A DNA stretch of 63,705 nt, filler included, from Chrysochromulina tobinii (Eukaryota), in NCBI GenBank assembly GCA_001275005.1. It is 6 parts of 6 records of this genome, joined end to end, with 100 filler letters (N's around TTAATTAATTAA, not from the genome) between each part and the next. Parts side by side here need not be neighbours in the genome. Positions count along the whole stretch, not along the records: positions 37,173 to 60,611 come from JWZX01001181.1; 5 more parts are not named here. One strand, 5' to 3'. The translations under genes were made by a program, and so were the position numbers. Under the pieces are notes generated by a model. It ran no database searches. It saw only the letters and a list, made by a program, of their open reading frames with translations, and was not told the DNA's origin. Below, piece after piece: positions 42,167 to 52,112 of the stretch; position 1 is the first letter of the stretch; each line of letters starts with the position of its first letter.

Positions 42167-43537
42167 TCACGGTTGTCCTGTGGTGCCTCCCCTGGCCGCT
42201 ACGCGCGCCTCGACGCTCGCGTTGATCGGCGGCGGCGGCGGCGAACCCGGCGTCACAGGCAGCAGAAGTGCAACCGCCTCCTGATGCTTGCCCGCACGAG
42301 CGAGCTCGAGCGCCCGCTGCCCCTTGGCGTTTACTCGCGTCGGGTCGACCTTTTGCTGCAGAAGCAATTGTATGGCCCCCGTCTTGCCCGCCTGCGCCGC
42401 CGCCATCAGCGCCGTCGTGCCGTCGGCGGTCGAGCGGTCGGGGTCAGCGCCCTTTTTAAGGAGCCAAACCGTCATCAGCCGCGTGTGCCCTCCGTGCGCC
42501 GCGGCAAAGATCGCGTCCCAGCCGCTCAGGTCCTGAATGCTCAGGTCGGCGCCGGACTTGCACAGCAGCGTTGCAAGCTTCTCATTGCCCGCGGCCGCGG
42601 CCCACATGAGTGGCGTCTTGCCATACTTGTCCGTGGCGTTCACATTGGCGCGAGCCTCAATGAGCGTCTTCGCCGATAAAGAGCGACCGGCCGCTGTCGC
42701 GAGCGCGAGCGCCGTGAAGCCATGCTGCGCATCCTGTGCCTCCACGTTCACCGCGGGGTGCCGCGCGGCTGTGGCGGTGGCGGTGGCGGTGGCGGTGGCG
42801 GTGGCTGCGGTGCCAAGGCCGCCGGAGGCGCATACCTCCATGTGCCCGCCTCCCCCGTAGAGCAGACGCTCGAGCTCGGGAATATCCTCGCGCAGCGCCG
42901 CCTGCCGGAGCTCCTCATCGACGCGCCCCTGGGCCTGCTCGAGGGCCTGCCGGATGCCTTCGCGCTCCGTCGGGTCAGCTGCAAACTCGAGAGCCCGGGA
43001 GTAGGCGCGCACGGACGGCGCGAACTGCTTGAGGCAGAAGAGCGCCATGCCGCACAGCGCGTGGCCCCGATGCCAGTCCGGCAACGTCTGCACGATGAGC
43101 TCGCCATCGTGCAGCGTCGCCTTGTGGTGGTTGAGCCGAGCACACAGGCTGCCACGGGCTGCCAGCAGGTCCACATTGTTGGGGTCGAGCCCAAGCCCCT
43201 CGGTGTAATGTCCAATAGCGTCCATGTGCCGGCCGCGTTCGATGGCCTCCTCGGCGCGCTCGACATGCACAGCGACCGCTCGACTCAACTGCCGGCCTTG
43301 CGCTTGGCGCTGATGCCGGTCGCGCTGGGCCGCGGCCAGAACCTCGGCCTCGTCGTCGTCATCATCCCCATCCTCCTCCGCAGCGCGAGCCGCACGCGCG
43401 GCCATGAAAGCTGCCGTCTTCTCCGACTCGGTTGGCAGACGCTGTGGCGCCTCATCCTCATGACGCTGTGACTCTGTATCGGGCGCCGTGGCCTCGAAGG
43501 TTGCTCCGTGAGCATCGGCGAGCTCGGCTTTCTGCAT
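42167..43537 (-). CDS. TPR + ankyrin-repeat protein
   Basis: AIGHYTEGLGLDPNN and related TPRs. GKTPLMWAAAAGN and GTTALMAAAQAG are ankyrin repeats. Confidence 0.9.
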   Translation of the reverse strand: MQKAELADAHGATFEATAPDTESQRHEDEAPQRLPTESEKTAAFMAARAARAAEEDGDDDDDEAEVLAAAQRDRHQRQAQGRQLSRAVAVHVERAEEAIERGRHMDAIGHYTEGLGLDPNNVDLLAARGSLCARLNHHKATLHDGELIVQTLPDWHRGHALCGMALFCLKQFAPSVRAYSRALEFAADPTEREGIRQALEQAQGRVDEELRQAALREDIPELERLLYGGGGHMEVCASGGLGTAATATATATATATAARHPAVNVEAQDAQHGFTALALATAAGRSLSAKTLIEARANVNATDKYGKTPLMWAAAAGNEKLATLLCKSGADLSIQDLSGWDAIFAAAHGGHTRLMTVWLLKKGADPDRSTADGTTALMAAAQAGKTGAIQLLLQQKVDPTRVNAKGQRALELARAGKHQEAVALLLPVTPGSPPPPPINASVEARVAARGGTTGQP

Positions 43538-43758
43538 CGCACGTGTGGCGTGAGGTTCGTCACACACCGGCTGTCGCGACTGTCGTGTTAACGTTCACGG
43601 AAGGATGCGCAAACACGGGAGGTCGGCCATAACGATCACCTACATGTATACGAGAGTTCACATTCACAGAGAAAGCCGCTCCCTCGCGTTCGCCATCGAC
43701 GCGCGGTCGTGATTCGCAGCCAATCGCCGACGACGGCGGTTCTGTGGACATCAAAGAC

Positions 43759-44922
43759 ATGTCCACCAGCCAGCGGCAGCGCTATTTCGAGACCGAAAAG
43801 GAGAACCGCGTGAAGCAGCTGGGGAAGCACCAGTCAAGAAAGCTCATCGGGCAAGTACGGATGCTCGTGGTAGCGCTCAACTATGAGGGCACTGATGCAC
43901 CGCTCACTTGCATCATCGATGCGAAGCGGATTACGGAGGCTGCTCAGAAGGCAGGCGTTTCAGACATTACCTCGCTGTACGACAATGGCGAAACGAATGG
44001 CTTTCCTTCTCACGAAGAAGTATCCCAAGCAATCATGGACGTGGGTGGACGCTGCGGGCCCGGCGACTACTTTGTGTTCTACTACTCTGGGCACGGCGGC
44101 TCGCAGCCCGATGAAGAAGCGCCGACAGGTTTGAGGTGCACCTTAAATCTGCGCACGCGCGACGGTGGGAGCGAAGAGTACATGTGGGATCATGAGCTGG
44201 CGAGCCTCGTGTCAGGGCACCTGCATGAGGAAACGAAAGTCCTGATGATGTGCGATGCTTGCCACAGCGGCGGAATCATGGATGTGGACAGTAGCGGCGT
44301 ATGGGGTAAGAGAAAGGTGGCGGTCATCTCGGGCTGCATGGAGAACCAGCTCTCGGAGGACAGCGGGGACGGTGGTGTCATGACGAACGCGCTGCTCAAA
44401 GTGATCCGGCGGAAGTCAGTGAACCAGCTTCGGATGCATCGAGGCTGCTCTGTGCAGTACGTGTTCAATCGGGTGGTGGGCGAGATGCCAGAGCAGGAGG
44501 AGGAGGAAGAGGAGGAGGAGGAGGAGGAGGAGGAGTGGGGGGAGGAGGAGGAGTGGGACGAGGCGGAGTGTGAGGAGGAGGATGATGAGGAGGTGCGTGC
44601 CAGGATAGCGAAGCTGCGGGAGGCGTTTCGTCAGTTCGACGTCGATGACTCCGGGACGCTTTCCGCTGATGAGCTGGCTCAGCTGCTCACGCGTGGGACA
44701 AGCTCTGGCACACCGCTCTCGGCGGAGGATGCGCAAGAGATCATCGACGACTTCGACACAGACGGCGATGGTGTGCTCTCGCTGGACGAGCTCGCAAGGG
44801 CTTGGGTGGAAATCACCGGTGGTGACGAGGAGGTGGAGGAGCACGAGGTGGTGCCGGGGCAGCATGTCACGCTCTCGTGGCCGGGCGGCTGCGACCCAAG
44901 CAAGTTCCCGTTTCCGTTCTGA
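43759..44922 (+). CDS. Metacaspase (peptidase C14) with acidic tract and EF-hand pair
   Basis: Catalytic dyad motifs FYYSGHG and DACHSG. EF loops DVDDSGTLSADE and DTDGDGVLSLDE. Confidence 0.9.
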   Translation: MSTSQRQRYFETEKENRVKQLGKHQSRKLIGQVRMLVVALNYEGTDAPLTCIIDAKRITEAAQKAGVSDITSLYDNGETNGFPSHEEVSQAIMDVGGRCGPGDYFVFYYSGHGGSQPDEEAPTGLRCTLNLRTRDGGSEEYMWDHELASLVSGHLHEETKVLMMCDACHSGGIMDVDSSGVWGKRKVAVISGCMENQLSEDSGDGGVMTNALLKVIRRKSVNQLRMHRGCSVQYVFNRVVGEMPEQEEEEEEEEEEEEEWGEEEEWDEAECEEEDDEEVRARIAKLREAFRQFDVDDSGTLSADELAQLLTRGTSSGTPLSAEDAQEIIDDFDTDGDGVLSLDELARAWVEITGGDEEVEEHEVVPGQHVTLSWPGGCDPSKFPFPF

Positions 44923-45418
44923 TGCCGCCTCATACACATTATACTGCACATTTTCCGTATTCCGACGGTACGCAGTACGATTCTAATTTCTATTCAACAA
45001 TCTCGCGTCGATATTGTCTCGTGTACATTGTACTACGATTCACCTACACCTTCGCTTCGACCTTGTAGCTACGCGCTCCTCACCTACGTGCGTACCTTCC
45101 TTCGGCGATGATTGTTGTACGGCTCCTCCTAGACACCTAGAGTTTCACCGCCCGGTCTATCGGGCCTATACCAATATCGCGTTACCGCGGTCGAGGCTTA
45201 CCGTATGGGTATCGGCCCCAGTTCGCTGGTTCTCGTCACGGCTGTTCTAGGATTCTTGCTGAAGCCGTGATGCTATGGTGTGTCGGAAAACCGCGTCAGT
45301 CTGGGGCGTCCATTTCGGTTCTCGCTCATCTAGGTGTGGAGACGGCGCTGCCATGGGTGCTGCGCGAGCTTGCGACCACTGACACAGCGTCCTGCCCAGA
45401 GCCGTCGACCCGCACGGG

Positions 45419-45517
45419 GGAAGCCCCGAGTTCCTAATTGGTTTCCTGATTGCCGATGAAGGAAGCCCCGAGTTCCTAATTGGTTTCCTGATTGCCGATG
45501 AGGGAAGCCCCGAGTTC
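45419..45517 (-). repeat. 42-bp tandem repeat (2.3 copies) spanning a stop codon
   Basis: GGAAGCCCCGAGTTC at 45419, 45461 and 45503. Confidence 0.9.
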
Positions 45518-47044
45518 GGATCCGTCGGACCAGTCCACGAGGCCATAGTTGCCCTCTTCGCAAGCGCCGGACTGCAGCAGGGCCTCATCCTCGGCGAGCA
45601 GCCGGCCGTTGGAGCCTGGCGGCATGAGAGACGGGTGCTTGACGTGCACGATCAGCACGGCGCGTGGGCCACTGCCGGTGCTATTGGGCACCCGCACCTC
45701 ATGCTCGAGGCTGTCGTCAAAGACGATCGCTCGCCCGCGCTGCCAGCGCCGTCGCGCCGTGCCAACACGCAGTTCGCTCTCCTCTAGACTACCGGCCAAT
45801 CCGAGGGAGAAGACCACCCGCTCGTTGACCGGCCCTGTGTGCGCCTTGACATGGGAGCCAGGCCCGAGAAGCGAGAGCATGGCCACGCCCCAATACCGGT
45901 CGACTGGCTGCGGCATGCCCTCATTCTCGCCTTCTCCGTAGTACCATCCCATCGCGCGCGTGACCGCCGTACAGATGCCCCTCGTGCGAGCGGGGTAGAA
46001 CACTTCCGTTCGCAAGCCGCCTCGCATCTCATACTCGCGCTGACAGGGCACGTGACGCTGCACCCACTCGAGCGGGCGTGCGGCGATGCCCTCCTGGTTC
46101 GTGTACCAGTGCTTCGCCTCCTCCTCCTTGCCCTCGGCCACCATCTGGAGCAGCCCCAGCAGCTCGGCGTGGATCGTCTCAGTCGCCCGCTCGAGCTCTT
46201 GCACCAGCGGACGGTAGTATGATCTCCGGTGGATCTCACAAGAGAGGAGCCGACCAGCTGTGATCTCGCGCGGCCGGTGCAGTGCGTGCGGCCACAGCTG
46301 CAGCGCCACGCCCGCCGCGTGCACGCGCGCCGCCCTGCGCCGCTGCTTCGCGCCGCCCTGCTTCTGCAGCACGCAATCCAGCCCATGCAGGATATTGAGT
46401 GCGAGCGTGCGCTCTTCTTCGCTAAGCGGCGGCACGTCGTGCGATGCCGCCAGGCCGGGCAGGTAGCCCTCCTTGAGCACGCCGCTCCACGCGTTCGCGT
46501 CCGCTCTGGTCTTGAGCTTACGGCCGAGCAGCAGCATGATCGCCTTGCCGTACGCAATTTCCGCGTCCTCCTGCTTGCCGAGGTTGTGTTGCAGCATGCC
46601 GAGCGTGCACTGCAAGGTGGGAGAGTAGCGCCCCTCGTCGCGCTGCGCGAGCTTGCGCACAACCGCCACCGCGCGCTGGCGCAGCCGTCGGACGTGGTCG
46701 TTGTGGCCCTCGCCCTGGGTGCGGTTAGGCTGTGCGACCTGATACTCGACCTCGTCGATCAGCTCGTTCGCGTGCTTGAACTGCAGAGCGACGTCGCCAG
46801 GATTGAGTGCCGCGGCGTGCTGCAGTACGGCCACGCGCACCGGCCGTGGTACCTCCTGCTCGTCCAGCTGACTGGCGAGGGAGCGGTACTGGGCCGCGTC
46901 TGTCGGGTTCAGCTCAACAGCACGCATCAGGGCGCGCATGCTCTGCGGCCAAACTTCTCTGATCACCTCCTCCGGAAGAGGAACGCCTTTGCGAAATCGG
47001 GTACGCAACATCGGCCAATAGTCTGCGAGCGACAGAGTCGCCAT
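45476..47044 (-). CDS. TPR-containing aspartyl/asparaginyl beta-hydroxylase-domain protein
   Basis: LSLLGPGSHVKAHTGPVNER, WQRGRAIVFDDSLEHEV and RAVLIVHVKHP, with N-terminal TPR-like helices. Confidence 0.85.
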   Translation of the reverse strand: MATLSLADYWPMLRTRFRKGVPLPEEVIREVWPQSMRALMRAVELNPTDAAQYRSLASQLDEQEVPRPVRVAVLQHAAALNPGDVALQFKHANELIDEVEYQVAQPNRTQGEGHNDHVRRLRQRAVAVVRKLAQRDEGRYSPTLQCTLGMLQHNLGKQEDAEIAYGKAIMLLLGRKLKTRADANAWSGVLKEGYLPGLAASHDVPPLSEEERTLALNILHGLDCVLQKQGGAKQRRRAARVHAAGVALQLWPHALHRPREITAGRLLSCEIHRRSYYRPLVQELERATETIHAELLGLLQMVAEGKEEEAKHWYTNQEGIAARPLEWVQRHVPCQREYEMRGGLRTEVFYPARTRGICTAVTRAMGWYYGEGENEGMPQPVDRYWGVAMLSLLGPGSHVKAHTGPVNERVVFSLGLAGSLEESELRVGTARRRWQRGRAIVFDDSLEHEVRVPNSTGSGPRAVLIVHVKHPSLMPPGSNGRLLAEDEALLQSGACEEGNYGLVDWSDGSELGASLIGNQETN

Positions 47045-47148
47045 TTTCTGCGAAAAGGTCAGCCTCGGATTCCCGGCGAGGGTCTAGTTGATCCTCATGG
47101 CGAACCTCATTCACAGGTTCCACAAACATAGTCATTTTTGCAACTTGT

Positions 47149-48087
47149 ATGCACCTTATCCTGGTGCTCGTCGCTCCTGTCCTGGCCTTTCACGCATCGT
47201 CACGCGCGCCGCATACGTCACGACTGTCATCACCACAATGTAACCTGCTCGATGACGCAGGAGATGGCGACATAGTGGCCGTTCTGGAGCTCGCTACGGT
47301 CACTGTCGCAGCGCTCATTGGTGCTCCTGCAGCTTGGTCGCTGGTTCGACGCCAGGACGGCTCGTCTATAGACGAGAGCTCCGCGCCAACATCTTCGCCG
47401 AGTCTGCCACGCAATGCGCTGACTGAAAAGGTCGCCATCGACATTGACTTGGGTCCCGATGGACAGCCCAAGGGTGTCAGCCGCATCCTGTTCAAGCCGC
47501 TGCTTGCGCGCTCTGAATTCCTCGTCGTCAACCTGACGGCACCGCTCGGCCTCGTGATCGAGGAGCGCAACTCGGCCATTGTGGCCACCGGCGCGCTTCC
47601 AGGCTACGGAGCCTTTGGGCGCGTGCAGGAAGGCGATCATATCCGGGCGGTCACGGCATACGCAGAGGTCATTGGCGACGCACCGATGTGGCAGCAGGTC
47701 ACCTCGGGCACGCCGATCGGTGATATCCGATTAGCGCGTCTCATCTTCACCACCGAGGGCGCCTCCTACACCGATGTGCGCGACGCCATCGCTTCGCACA
47801 AGGACTCGGACGGCAGCCAGAAGGACAAGGGACGCACGCCGCAGGTCACGCTGGTCCTCGAGCGAGCGGTCAACGCGACGAGCGCGAGCACGCCACGCGA
47901 TGGCGTGCCACAGCTCGAGTCTCTCTTAGACGTTCTTAAGGGCGACTTGAGTCGTTCAGCCGTGGGTGAGATCGGGAGTAGCGGGAAGCGGGGCCTCGTC
48001 GAGAGGGCACGGCAGGCGTTTGGAGTGGACGGCGAAGCGGCGGAAGACAAAGCGAACGGCAGGCCACGAAAGGAGGATTGGTGGTAA
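47149..48087 (+). CDS. Probable plastid-targeted membrane protein with PDZ-like domain
   Basis: Signal peptide ending VLA-F followed by a Ser/Arg-rich transit-like peptide and one TM. PLGLVIEE..GRVQEGDHIRAV is PDZ-like. Confidence 0.6.
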   Translation: MHLILVLVAPVLAFHASSRAPHTSRLSSPQCNLLDDAGDGDIVAVLELATVTVAALIGAPAAWSLVRRQDGSSIDESSAPTSSPSLPRNALTEKVAIDIDLGPDGQPKGVSRILFKPLLARSEFLVVNLTAPLGLVIEERNSAIVATGALPGYGAFGRVQEGDHIRAVTAYAEVIGDAPMWQQVTSGTPIGDIRLARLIFTTEGASYTDVRDAIASHKDSDGSQKDKGRTPQVTLVLERAVNATSASTPRDGVPQLESLLDVLKGDLSRSAVGEIGSSGKRGLVERARQAFGVDGEAAEDKANGRPRKEDWW

Positions 48088-48713
48088 CGTTTCACACACT
48101 ACTATCCGCTTGACCTCGCTGCTAGATCTTCTGTTATGAAAATGTCACTCTCGCTCTCTTCACTGAGGACTCTAAGTCTCTATCTTGAATCTTCACACGA
48201 GCGACGAGGAGCTGCGAGCTCTATCCTCTAACCGCGCACCCGGTCCCGGGTCCGCCCCCCCGCGTGCCGGGCGTGCGCGGCTCGAGCCTCCGGCGGTTCG
48301 CTCCGCGGCTGCGGGTCCGGTCCGGCGACCGATTTTTATGGTATACGTCACTAGGGCTACGGTAAAGTAAACCTCGATGCGCGGGCCGCCCCCGCGCCGG
48401 GCGCGCCGGGCCGGTCGCGGTCCGCGCGACCCGCGAGGCCGAGGGATAGAGGCAATTGGTATTAGAGGGAAACTTGCCAGGCGCATTCCAATTATTTTGT
48501 TAAGATTCACACAAGCTTGGCGGGGTCACATTTCGGTCTCCTCGCCGCGCCCCGACGAGGTGCTTCCGCTTTCGACTATTTGCTCAATCGTCTCAGGAAC
48601 CTTGCTCAACGTCTCAGGACGAGTGCTGAGCTGCTGACTGAAAGCGTCATGCACACTGCCCTGCCGGCCATTTTCTTCGCCGCCGTCGTTCGCACGGGAT
48701 ATCTCAGGGTGTT

Positions 48714-49663
48714 TCACTTGCCTTTCTTCAAGTTCGCGAGGAAGTCACCCGCGCGCCTCTCGTCGCGGCAGAGCACGGCGCGTGCGCCGCGCAGATACTC
48801 GTACGCGTCCAACCTGTCCTTTTGCTTGCGCCGACGCAGGAATGCCTCGTTGACGAGGCGCTTCTGGACGAGGCTCTCGACTTTCTCGGGCTCGGCAGGC
48901 GGCGGTAGCCTCGAGTCGGGCTCGAGCCCGAGCTTGCGCAGGTGGCCGAAGAGCTCATCCTCCTTCACCCACGTCGGCTCGTGCGACCCCTTGTCCTGAC
49001 TCTCAGCGATGATCGCGAGGATCACCTCGACGAAGGCGAGGTAGATGGCCTGCCCCTCGTCTGTCTGGGTGAGTGGCTCCGTCACCATCTTTTCATGTGG
49101 CAGCAGGTTGACGAGCATGTACCGCGGGCCGCCCGACGCCGCGCCAGCACCGCCTCGGCCCGCTGCGGCCTGGCTGGCGCCCGCTGCTTGGCTCGGTCCC
49201 GCCTGGCTCGCGCCCGCACCGCCACCGTCGGCATCGTCGGCCGCATCGTCGGCGGCGCCCGCGCCCGCGTCCGTTTCGTCCACGAGCTTGAGCCCGAAGA
49301 TATGGCCCAGCTTCTCATTTGCAACGGCTAACACCTGCTTGAAGATCTTGCCGCTGCGATCCTGTGCCTTATGCTCGGGCATTACGTGGTCCTTGATCTC
49401 GGTTCGTGTGATGGGTTTCCGCGTGTGCTCGCGGAGCAGTACTGCGCGGGGTAGGTACGCGAAGCAAAACATCCGGTGAGCATCGCCAGAGGAGGGACGC
49501 TTAGCGGTGCTGCGGTAGCAAGCGCACCGAAGCGGCAAAGGTTGGTTGCGAGTGCTTCCGCGGTGTCGGCCTTGATAGGCTGCGGCGCCTGCGAGGGAGC
49601 TTGCGATGGCGCTGCTTCCTCGCCGTCCTCGTCCTCGTCCGCCTTGCGCTTGCGGGGCGGCAT
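48714..49663 (-). CDS. NSE3: MAGE/NSE3 subunit of Smc5/6, 2 exons (intron 49442-49527)
   Basis: Spliced LCRFVLLREHTRKPITRTEI, ANEKLGHIFGLKL, EDELFGHLRKLGL and YEYLRGARA fit the MAGE winged-helix pattern. Confidence 0.75.
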
Positions 49664-49811
49664 GAATCTGGCGTGAGAGCGCGCGAAAGTACTCTTCGAG
49701 GTGTTTCAACGAATTAACGAGTCCACCGGAAGCGCGGCCTGCCGGCGATGATTCTCCTGTGATTTCTAGAAGTTCGTCAAACGTACTGTAGCGGTACAGA
49801 ACTCCGCGACG

Positions 49812-50843
49812 ATGTGGCCGCTCAGCACGCCCCGTGCTCGGCTGCCGCCACCGCCACCGCCCTCGATGATCGAGAGTCTTTCCAGTGCATGGTCTGATGA
49901 AGAGACGGTCGTGGTCGTCGTCCTACTCACTGCTCTAACACTCGCATGGTGCTCTAACTCTTCGGCATGGTGGCGAATGCCCGTGCTCGCTGCCGCAGGT
50001 GCCATCCTCATCCCACTCCGGTCGGCTCTCCTTTCAGTACTCATGTCCGCTGCTCGAGATACCCGCACGAGCTATCCGTACCTAGTTGTGATACCACACT
50101 GCTTCGTGAGTTCCGCCGTCTACCGGCAGGAACGTGAACGGCGTGAGCCAGCCCTCAGGAGCACCAACTTCCTCCCACTCCCAACGCTCGCCCTGGGCTT
50201 CTTTTGCTACGGGTTCGGAGGTACAGTTTCATCAGACCTCCTGATGGGCTTGCCAGTGACTGCCTTTGTGCACTCGCGCATCTTCCCATGCTGGGTTCTG
50301 GGCTGGCTGCTGGTGTGGTGCTTCCCATCGGACCTTCTTTACAAAGCTTGGTCGGAGCGGCGAGGGACCGCCTCCTTCCTCCGCCTCCTCCTGAACGCTT
50401 TCGATGCGATCGACGCGATCACAACTCCCATGGGGAGAGTCTCGCGCAGCGCCCGCGAATTCGGCAACCGGCTCTCGGCTCCGGTGCTAGCGGGCGTGTT
50501 CGCGGGCACTGCAGGGGCGTCGATCCGCTACGTTGAACGTGTCCACATACAGCGGCGTAGCGATGAAGCGGGCTCGAGCCAAACCGCGCTCGCCGCCGCT
50601 GTCGCCCGCTCGCTCGGGTATGTCGTCTTCTGGCATCACTTTGCCGTCACGCGCTGCTCGGACCCGGGCGTCGACCCGGCCTTGAACCACTGTAACGACT
50701 TCGGAGGCCCTGATTCGGTGCGGATTGCCATGATTTACTTCCATGTCGTCTGGGTCCTCGCCTGCGACTATGGCCTCGCGTCTGGACACCCGTTCGTGTA
50801 TGCCTCTGACGCCCTGTTTCGCGCGCTAGGCAAGACAAGCTAA
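49812..50843 (+). CDS. TRIC/TMEM38-like membrane channel protein
   Basis: Multiple TMs. YGFGGTVSSDLLMGLP, WLLVWCFPSD and AGVFAGTAG resemble the TRIC glycine motifs. Confidence 0.6.
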   Translation: MWPLSTPRARLPPPPPPSMIESLSSAWSDEETVVVVVLLTALTLAWCSNSSAWWRMPVLAAAGAILIPLRSALLSVLMSAARDTRTSYPYLVVIPHCFVSSAVYRQERERREPALRSTNFLPLPTLALGFFCYGFGGTVSSDLLMGLPVTAFVHSRIFPCWVLGWLLVWCFPSDLLYKAWSERRGTASFLRLLLNAFDAIDAITTPMGRVSRSAREFGNRLSAPVLAGVFAGTAGASIRYVERVHIQRRSDEAGSSQTALAAAVARSLGYVVFWHHFAVTRCSDPGVDPALNHCNDFGGPDSVRIAMIYFHVVWVLACDYGLASGHPFVYASDALFRALGKTS

Positions 50844-52112
50844 AGAGGACTATTGCACCGCGCGTATTAGGCGACTACTAGTACACTTCTGTATTGTGGC
50901 CCTGTGTCCCCGCCGCCCGCCGGTCGGGTGTCGGGCATGGGGGTGGGGGTGCGCGGTGTGCTCTACGCGGTCTGACACCCACACGGCGACGAACAAAATC
51001 CGAGAAATTGAGTGATCTCGAATCGACTTGACTTGACTTGTGACGGACAGCTGGTAATGGGTATACCGTGAACGCTGAAAGCATGCAATCATGTGTTTCG
51101 TTAATGTCGATCTCATGTGTAGAGAGTTGTGTCTCCGTGTGGTCGAATAAGTTCTCGCTTTCTCAACACTCAGTCGACGATCGCGTTCTGTCTCTCGCTC
51201 TTCCTCAACTTGACTCCAAATCGGGACAAGTCGCGACAACAAAAAGCGATGAGCCTCAAATAAACCCCGGCCTGCAGCAGGACTCTCAAGGAAATAGTGC
51301 CAGGCCGCGACAGATGGACCGCTACCAGCGCCGCGAAGATGACGAAGAGGATGAGGCGCTCCACGAGAGCGATGGCTCACACGACGATGCCGAGTCATCG
51401 ACACCGGCCGTTGGCGAGTGTGCAGCGAACGACGCTGCTCAGAACGCGGATGAGGATGAGGACGTGCAGGCTGCTGCGCCAGCGCTAGACTCGGGCAAAG
51501 CCGAGGTGCCTTCTCCACGTGTGGGAAGAATTGGAAGATTCTTCAAACCTCGGGCTCTGCCATGGGAGCGCCGCCTGCATCGGCGCAGTCACCTCATCGT
51601 CCAGCGCTCGATCTCGACGGCTACTCTCTCAACACGATGCTTGGGCACCTCGGTACTTGTTCCCCGAGGCACGCGCAAGGTGACAACCTTCGATGCACAA
51701 TCCGCATCGCACCTGTGAGGATGTGGTCAACTCGCACGACATCCCCCTGGGAATCGGCGCAATCGAGAATCGTGCATTTTAAGGCATCGGCACGATCCCG
51801 TGGATCGAAACTTTCATTAAAACGAGTATTCGCCCGCGGGGCGGGACCGCCGGCGACCGGCACCGGGTGCTCGACCTCGAGCGCGAGGACGAAGAGGGGC
51901 TACTGTATGGGCTAAAACCGAACGCGACCGGACTGTGATCGGATGTGCGGCGTGGACGGTCGAGAGGCAGTCTGAATCCGAGTCCCCCCGCCCGGTGTCG
52001 GCTGTCGCTCGTCGCGTGTGGACGGGCGTCGCTGCGTCGTATGTCGAATGTCCGTGGTGACATGCTTTCGAGGGGCGTTATATAGAAGTGCCGTCTGCCG
52101 AGCGAATTGTGT

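Noticed and set aside
48230..48640. GC-rich self-complementary intergenic stretch considered as an ncRNA
   Set aside because: No tRNA, snRNA or rRNA motif was recognised, and pairing is expected at this GC content.
51068..51915. Acidic ORF and neighbouring short ORFs
   Set aside because: No domain evidence and no consistent exon chain could be built.
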